Shown here: positions 59,548 through 64,000 of the stretch, one piece after another
Numbering within the stretch: the first letter of the stretch is position 1
How the letters are laid out: every line of letters begins with the position of its first letter
Origin: Pseudomonadota bacterium
GTDB lineage: Bacteria; Pseudomonadota; Alphaproteobacteria; CACIAM-22H2
Assembly (NCBI GenBank): GCA_041178225.1
Contig: JBEGVV010000258.1
Location: 1,514-65,513 of the forward strand
Length of the DNA: 64,000 nt
Reading direction: 5' to 3'
Made by a program: the position numbers and the translations under genes
Notes under the pieces: generated by a model
What the model saw: only the letters and a program-made list of their open reading frames with translations
Told to the model about the DNA's origin: nothing
Databases searched by the model: none

Positions 59548-59835
59548 TCAGAGCGGGCCGCGGGCCGACTGCCTGCCGAGCAGGTTGTCCATGAGGTGCG
59601 CGACGAAGGCGTCGCGGTCCGCCGCGGAGGCCTCGGCCTGCTCCGCGGTCGGGGCGAAGGCGTCGAGGGCCCCCTCCGCCAGCGCGCCCTGCCTGACCAG
59701 GAGCGCCTCCATGCAGCGCACGCGGTCGCGCAGGACGTAGACCTCGCCGGCGAGCGCCATCACGACGCCCATCATCCGGTCGATCGCGGGATCCGCGAAG
59801 AAGGTCTGCTCCGGCCTCGATCTCGTCTCGCTCAT
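59548..59835 (-). CDS. Hypothetical small protein (95 aa)
   Basis: ORF with normal composition lying between the aldolase and dctP. Confidence 0.4.
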   Translation of the reverse strand: MSETRSRPEQTFFADPAIDRMMGVVMALAGEVYVLRDRVRCMEALLVRQGALAEGALDAFAPTAEQAEASAADRDAFVAHLMDNLLGRQSARGPL

Positions 59836-59860
59836 GCTTCCCTTCCCCCAGGCTGCGCGA

Positions 59861-59893
59861 AGGGGCGGCCGCGCATCGCGCGCGACCGCCCCT
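59861..59893 (-). terminator. GC-rich hairpin 8 nt downstream of the dctP stop (terminator-like, no U-tract)
   Basis: AGGGGCGG-17 nt-CCGCCCCT inverted repeat. Confidence 0.3.
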
Positions 59894-59900
59894 CGCCCGG

Positions 59901-60887
59901 TCACAGCGACTGGATGCGGTCCCAGGCGCCGGCGCCATAGACCTCGTCGGCGAGGCGCTTGTTCAGCGGCGCCATGCGACGGGTGATGTCCGCCTGGTCG
60001 ATGGTCACGACCGAGTCGTCGCCGTTGAAGCGCCGCCAGGTCGCGAGGTCGGTCGTGATGGCGCTGACGCCCGCCTGGAAGTAGTCGGTCGCCTCCATCT
60101 CCTCGAAGGTCTGCAGCATGATGCGCTGCTGCTGCTCGTTGAGGCGGCGCCACGCGCGGGTGGAGATCGCCTCCTTGTCGAGGCCCTCGCCGAACGGGTT
60201 CGACAGGACGTACTTGGACACCTCGTAGAACTTGCCGGCGACCGAGGGGTTGAGCGCCGAGACGAAGCCGTCGACCGTGCCGTTCTGCAGGGCGAGGTAG
60301 ATCTCGTTGAAGGCGATCGGGGTCGGGTTGGCGCCGAGGAACTTCAGCGCCTCGACCATGCCCTCGATCTGCGGGGCGCGCAGCTTCATGCCCTTGATCT
60401 CCTCCAGCGAGGAGATCTTCTTCTTCGTCGACAGGACCCAGGGGCCGAGGCGACCGATGCCGAGCAGGCGGGCCTGGTAGCGCTTCTCGAGCACCTGCGA
60501 CGCCTGCGCGCCGATCTGGCTCTGCATCACGCGCTTGGAGTGGCCGGAGTCGCGGAAGAAGCCCGGCGAGTAGAAGATGTCGAACTCGCGGGTGCCCGTG
60601 TAGGCGCCGTTGTAGATGTCGATCGTGCCAAGCGCCATGCCCTCGAGCAGGCGCTGCTCGCCGCCGAGCGTGCCGGCGAAGATCTCGACCTTGATGCCGC
60701 CATTGGTGCGCTTGGAGACCTCGTTCCAGAGCTTGACGTTGAACTGGTTCGAGATCGTCTGCGGGTTGCCGGCATTGCCGAACTTCAGGTTGACGACCCT
60801 GCCCTGGGCCGAGGCGGCGAGCCCATGGCCGGCGACGCCGGCGGCCGCGGCCGAGGCGAGGACGGAGCGACGGGAAACGAAAGTCAT
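59901..60887 (-). CDS. dctP: TRAP transporter substrate-binding protein DctP
   Basis: Tat/Sec-like signal MTFVSRRSVLASAAAAGVAGHGLAASAQG and a DctP-family sequence. Confidence 0.9.
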   Translation of the reverse strand: MTFVSRRSVLASAAAAGVAGHGLAASAQGRVVNLKFGNAGNPQTISNQFNVKLWNEVSKRTNGGIKVEIFAGTLGGEQRLLEGMALGTIDIYNGAYTGTREFDIFYSPGFFRDSGHSKRVMQSQIGAQASQVLEKRYQARLLGIGRLGPWVLSTKKKISSLEEIKGMKLRAPQIEGMVEALKFLGANPTPIAFNEIYLALQNGTVDGFVSALNPSVAGKFYEVSKYVLSNPFGEGLDKEAISTRAWRRLNEQQQRIMLQTFEEMEATDYFQAGVSAITTDLATWRRFNGDDSVVTIDQADITRRMAPLNKRLADEVYGAGAWDRIQSL

Positions 60888-60939
60888 GGTTTTCTCCCTT
60901 GGGTTTGAAGGCTTGGTCGAGGTTACCGGTCCGCCCCGG

Positions 60940-62232
60940 TCAGTCCATCAGCAGGTTGGGCAGCCAGAGCGAGAGGCCGGGTACGTAGGTGACGAGCAGC
61001 AGCACCGCGAACAGCACGTAGAGATAGGGCATCATGTCCTTGAATACAGCCATGGGGTCGACCCTGGCGATGAGCCCCACGACGTTGAGGATCAGCCCGA
61101 CCGGGGGCGTCACCAGCCCGAGCACCACGTTGATCACGAAGATCACCGCGAGGTGGATCGGGTCGACGCCAAGCTCGGTGAACATCGGGAAGACGATGGG
61201 CCCGAGGACGAGCATCAGGGGCAGCGGCTCCATGAAGGTGCCCAGCGCCAGCAGCAGCACGTTGAAGAGCAGCAGCAGGACGTTGACGTTGCCGGAGATG
61301 GCGAGCATTGCCGAGGTCACCAGCTCGCCGAAGCGCTCGAGGACCGAGAGGGCCGAGAACATCTGCGCCATGCCGACGGTCAGCATGATGATCGAGGTCA
61401 CGAGCGCGGCGCGCGCGGCGCAGTCGACCAGCGAGCGCAGGGACAGCGTCCGGAAGACGACGAGGCCGAGCAGCACGACGTAGCCGACGAGGATGGCGGC
61501 CGCCTCCGTCGGCGTGGCGACGCCGCTCGCCATGGCGCGCACCACGACCAGCGGCGCGGCCAGCGGCAGGATCGCGGCCAGGATGGCGGCGCGCCGCTCG
61601 CCCCAGTCGGCGCGCGGCTCGACCGGGTAGCCGCGCCCGCGCGCGATCCACCACGTGATCGCGAACATCGACAGGCTCATCAGCGTGCCCGGGATGATCC
61701 CCGCGAGGAAGAGCTTGCCCACCGACAGGTTCATGATCGCGCCGATCAGCACGAACGAGATCGACGGGGGCACGATCGGGCCGACGGTCGAGGCGGCGGC
61801 GATCACGGCGCAGGAGAAGCCCACGGGGTAGCCGCGCTTCGTCATCTGCGGGATCAGGACGGTGCCCGTCGCCGCGGCGTCCGCGATCGCCGAGCCGGAG
61901 ATCCCGGCCATGCCGTAGTTCGAGACCACGCCCACGTTCGCGAGCCCGCCGCGGACATGGCCGACGAAGGCGGAGGCGACGCGCACCAGCCTCTGCGTGA
62001 CCCCCGCCTCCGTCATCAGCTCGCCCGCGAAGAGGAAGAGCGGGATCGCGAGCAGCGCGAAGCTGTCGACGCCGTCGAAGACATAGAGCGGGAAGCTCAC
62101 GTAGTTGGCGTCGTCCACGAGGATGTCGGAGAGGACCAGGTAGCTGAGGCAGGCGAATCCGATCGCCCAGGCGACCTCCATGCCCAGCATGATGAAGGCG
62201 ATGAGCAGGACGATGAGCGTCGCAAGCAGCAT
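60940..62232 (-). CDS. dctM: TRAP transporter large permease DctM
   Basis: 430 aa with about 12 TMS and DctM-family motifs. Confidence 0.9.
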   Translation of the reverse strand: MLLATLIVLLIAFIMLGMEVAWAIGFACLSYLVLSDILVDDANYVSFPLYVFDGVDSFALLAIPLFLFAGELMTEAGVTQRLVRVASAFVGHVRGGLANVGVVSNYGMAGISGSAIADAAATGTVLIPQMTKRGYPVGFSCAVIAAASTVGPIVPPSISFVLIGAIMNLSVGKLFLAGIIPGTLMSLSMFAITWWIARGRGYPVEPRADWGERRAAILAAILPLAAPLVVVRAMASGVATPTEAAAILVGYVVLLGLVVFRTLSLRSLVDCAARAALVTSIIMLTVGMAQMFSALSVLERFGELVTSAMLAISGNVNVLLLLFNVLLLALGTFMEPLPLMLVLGPIVFPMFTELGVDPIHLAVIFVINVVLGLVTPPVGLILNVVGLIARVDPMAVFKDMMPYLYVLFAVLLLVTYVPGLSLWLPNLLMD

Positions 62233-62235
62233 GGT

Positions 62236-62763
62236 TCAGCCCATCCCCGCGCCGGCCTGCTGCGCGTCGCGGACGTCTTCCCCGGTGCGCATTGCGCGCA
62301 GCACGCCGAGAAGCCGGCGCGCCTGGTAGATCGCGGCGATGCCCAGCCCGCCGATCATTGGGATCACGAGCACCGCCTCGCTCCAGCCGGTCGACAGCAT
62401 CGTCGTCCCCCACTTGAGGCGGAGCAGGGGCACGGTGAACCAGGACAGCACGCCGATCATCGCCAGGACGAGGACGTGCATCAGCGCCTCGTTGGCGAGC
62501 CGCAGCGGGCGGGGCATCGCGTCGACAAGGCTCGTCACGCGGATGTTGAGGCCGAGCTTGATGGCGAGGCCGAGCGTCGCGAAGACCATCCAGACGAACA
62601 GCGTGCGGGGCACGTCCTCGGACCAGAGCGGAGGCCGGTTGAAGAAGTAGCGCGCCGCGACGACGTAGAGCATCGTCCCGGTCATCGCGAGCATCAGGAA
62701 CGCGCCGGCGAGCCAGAAAACCCGGTCGACGAAGGTCCTCGGCCGCATGCCGCCTTCGGACAT
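62236..62763 (-). CDS. dctQ: TRAP transporter small permease DctQ
   Basis: 175 aa with 4 TMS, immediately upstream of dctM. Start MSEGGMRPRTFVDRVFWLAG. Confidence 0.8.
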   Translation of the reverse strand: MSEGGMRPRTFVDRVFWLAGAFLMLAMTGTMLYVVAARYFFNRPPLWSEDVPRTLFVWMVFATLGLAIKLGLNIRVTSLVDAMPRPLRLANEALMHVLVLAMIGVLSWFTVPLLRLKWGTTMLSTGWSEAVLVIPMIGGLGIAAIYQARRLLGVLRAMRTGEDVRDAQQAGAGMG

Positions 62764-62948
62764 CGATGCTCGCCTCTCGCTGGTCGGATGAACGCTTCGG
62801 GCAGGGCCATCCCGCGCCGTGGACGGGACCCCTGGCGCCGGACGGCGGGCATAATGTCGGCGCCCCGTCGCTCGCGCAACATGGATGCCGCGGGGGGCGG
62901 CGCGCGCCATGGTTGCGCGGCGTCCGCGACGCTGCCAGTTTCCAATGC

Positions 62949-63332
62949 ATGAAGAGCGAAAGCGCAGGGGCGCCCGCGGGCGCCGCGACGGTCGACCGGC
63001 ACGAGATCGTTGCCGAGGTGACCTCGGCGATCCATTGCGCCAACTTCATCCAGGCGGGCCAGGTCTTCGTCTTCGACATGAAGGGCGTGATCAAGGCCGA
63101 GAAGTCGACGGCCAATCTCTGCCTCGGGATCCTCGCGCGCATCCAGCCCGGGCTGCTGATGGCGATGGACCGCGCGGCCGAGGGGCTCCACCCGGTCAGC
63201 CCGCGCTGGCGGAACTTCGACTGCTACGACCTCGGCATCGACCATGGCGGCATGGGCAAGGTCACGGTGAAGCTGCACCTGCGGGACGCCGCCACGCACG
63301 AGATCCTGCGCGAGCTCCCGCCTCCCGCCTGA
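62949..63332 (+). CDS. Small conserved protein of unknown function (127 aa); paralog of 63351..63893
   Basis: It shares with the convergent neighbour a block QVxVFDM..(R/K)..K.EKSTA.LC..L....AMDRAA(D/E)GL.PV...WR.FDC.D.G. Confidence 0.55.
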   Translation: MKSESAGAPAGAATVDRHEIVAEVTSAIHCANFIQAGQVFVFDMKGVIKAEKSTANLCLGILARIQPGLLMAMDRAAEGLHPVSPRWRNFDCYDLGIDHGGMGKVTVKLHLRDAATHEILRELPPPA

Positions 63333-63350
63333 GCCCGCGGCGCGGCGACG

Positions 63351-63893
63351 TCAGACGTCGATCTCGGCGCGCGGCGGCAGGTCGCGCATCATGACCGGCT
63401 GGTGCGTGTCCGACGTGCGCAGGTAGACGCGCGCGCGGGCCTTCTCGCGCCCGAGGTCCTCGCCCGTGTCGAGGCAGTCGAAGAAGCGCCAGATGCTGGT
63501 CACCGGGTTGAGCCCGTCCGCGGCGCGGTCGAAGGTCATGTAGAAGATGGCGAGCACCGGCGCGAGCAGGTGCATGCACAGGGGCGCCGTCGACTTCTCC
63601 GGCTTGACGCGGTGGCGCATGTCGAACACGACGACCTGGCCGGGCGCGACGCCGCAGCCGCAGCGCCCGTTCGAGGTGATCTCCAGCACCACCTCGAAGT
63701 CGTCGAGCCAGGTGTTGCCGAGGTGCCGCCGCACGCCGAGCAGGTGGCGCATCTCCGGGGAGATCCGGTCGAAGTCCTCGTCGCGGAGGCCGAGCGCGCG
63801 CTTGAGCGCCGCGCGCACGTCGCCCTCCAGGCGCATGCCGGGATCGGGATAGGGATAGAGCCCGGCTCCGGGCGCGGGTGGCTTGTCAGACAT
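63351..63893 (-). CDS. Small conserved protein of unknown function (180 aa); paralog of 62949..63332
   Basis: CGCGVAPGQVVVFDMRHRVKPEKSTAPLCMHLL...FDRAADGLNPVTSIWRFFDCLDTG. Its ATG overlaps the stop of an upstream gene (ATGTCTGA). Confidence 0.6.
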   Translation of the reverse strand: MSDKPPAPGAGLYPYPDPGMRLEGDVRAALKRALGLRDEDFDRISPEMRHLLGVRRHLGNTWLDDFEVVLEITSNGRCGCGVAPGQVVVFDMRHRVKPEKSTAPLCMHLLAPVLAIFYMTFDRAADGLNPVTSIWRFFDCLDTGEDLGREKARARVYLRTSDTHQPVMMRDLPPRAEIDV

Positions 63894-64000
63894 CGATGGC
63901 GATCGCGCGTCCCGCGCGCCTCCTGAGGTTCTTCTTGTCGAGGTCGTCGCCCGACGCCTCGTCGCCGACGACGTTGGCGAGGTTGCGGTAGGTCTCGGTG
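63886..64000 (-). CDS. C-terminal fragment of an unidentified protein that continues beyond the window end
   Basis: Reverse-strand frame reads ...TETYRNLANVVGDEASGDDLDKKNLRRRAGRAIAIDV*. Its stop overlaps the downstream start. Confidence 0.35.
   Translation of the reverse strand, partial: TETYRNLANVVGDEASGDDLDKKNLRRRAGRAIAIDV

Overview
This 64 kb window is a high-GC (roughly 70%) chromosomal segment of alphaproteobacterial character. I found no rRNA, tRNA, CRISPR array or mobile element in it. About 60 genes are supported by protein motifs that I can read directly from the translations. Many of the long ORFs in the six-frame track are arginine/alanine-rich shadows of these genes, which is expected for GC-rich DNA, and I ignored them.

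Gene content, in order along the window:
- A 5' fragment of GTP cyclohydrolase I (folE).
- A purine-catabolism / urease cluster: uraH, a PuuD-like membrane protein, two M20 amidohydrolases, ureDABCEFG, and allantoinase puuE further along.
- A translationally coupled SDR / 3-hydroxyacyl-CoA-dehydrogenase / BKACE (DUF849) trio.
- A PotABCD-like polyamine ABC transporter, a GST and a P-type cation ATPase.
- An aspartate-dehydrogenase-like gene.
- Two paralogous TPR + GT9-like (heptosyltransferase-like) fusion proteins.
- A ThDP enzyme divergent from a tightly coupled tricistron: an MtnK-like kinase, a divergent enolase paralog and a cytosolic-carboxypeptidase-like M14 peptidase. I regard this as a candidate new pathway.
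- A 1052-aa TPR + CHAT-protease lipoprotein.
- A class IV aminotransferase, a Tat-type amidohydrolase, a cupin and a nucleoside-deoxyribosyltransferase-like gene.
- A PEP-CTERM protein.
- psuG and a CoA-transferase.
- A type I secretion set: TolC, an ABC exporter interrupted by an in-frame TAG, HlyD, and a small coupled ORF.
- A catabolic island: two GMC oxidoreductases, two ABC importers, and an MR/MLE enolase-superfamily enzyme.
- A SAM methyltransferase, a class II aldolase and a TRAP transporter (dctPQM).
- Two convergent paralogous small Cys-containing proteins of unknown function.

No transcription factor is recognisable anywhere in the window.
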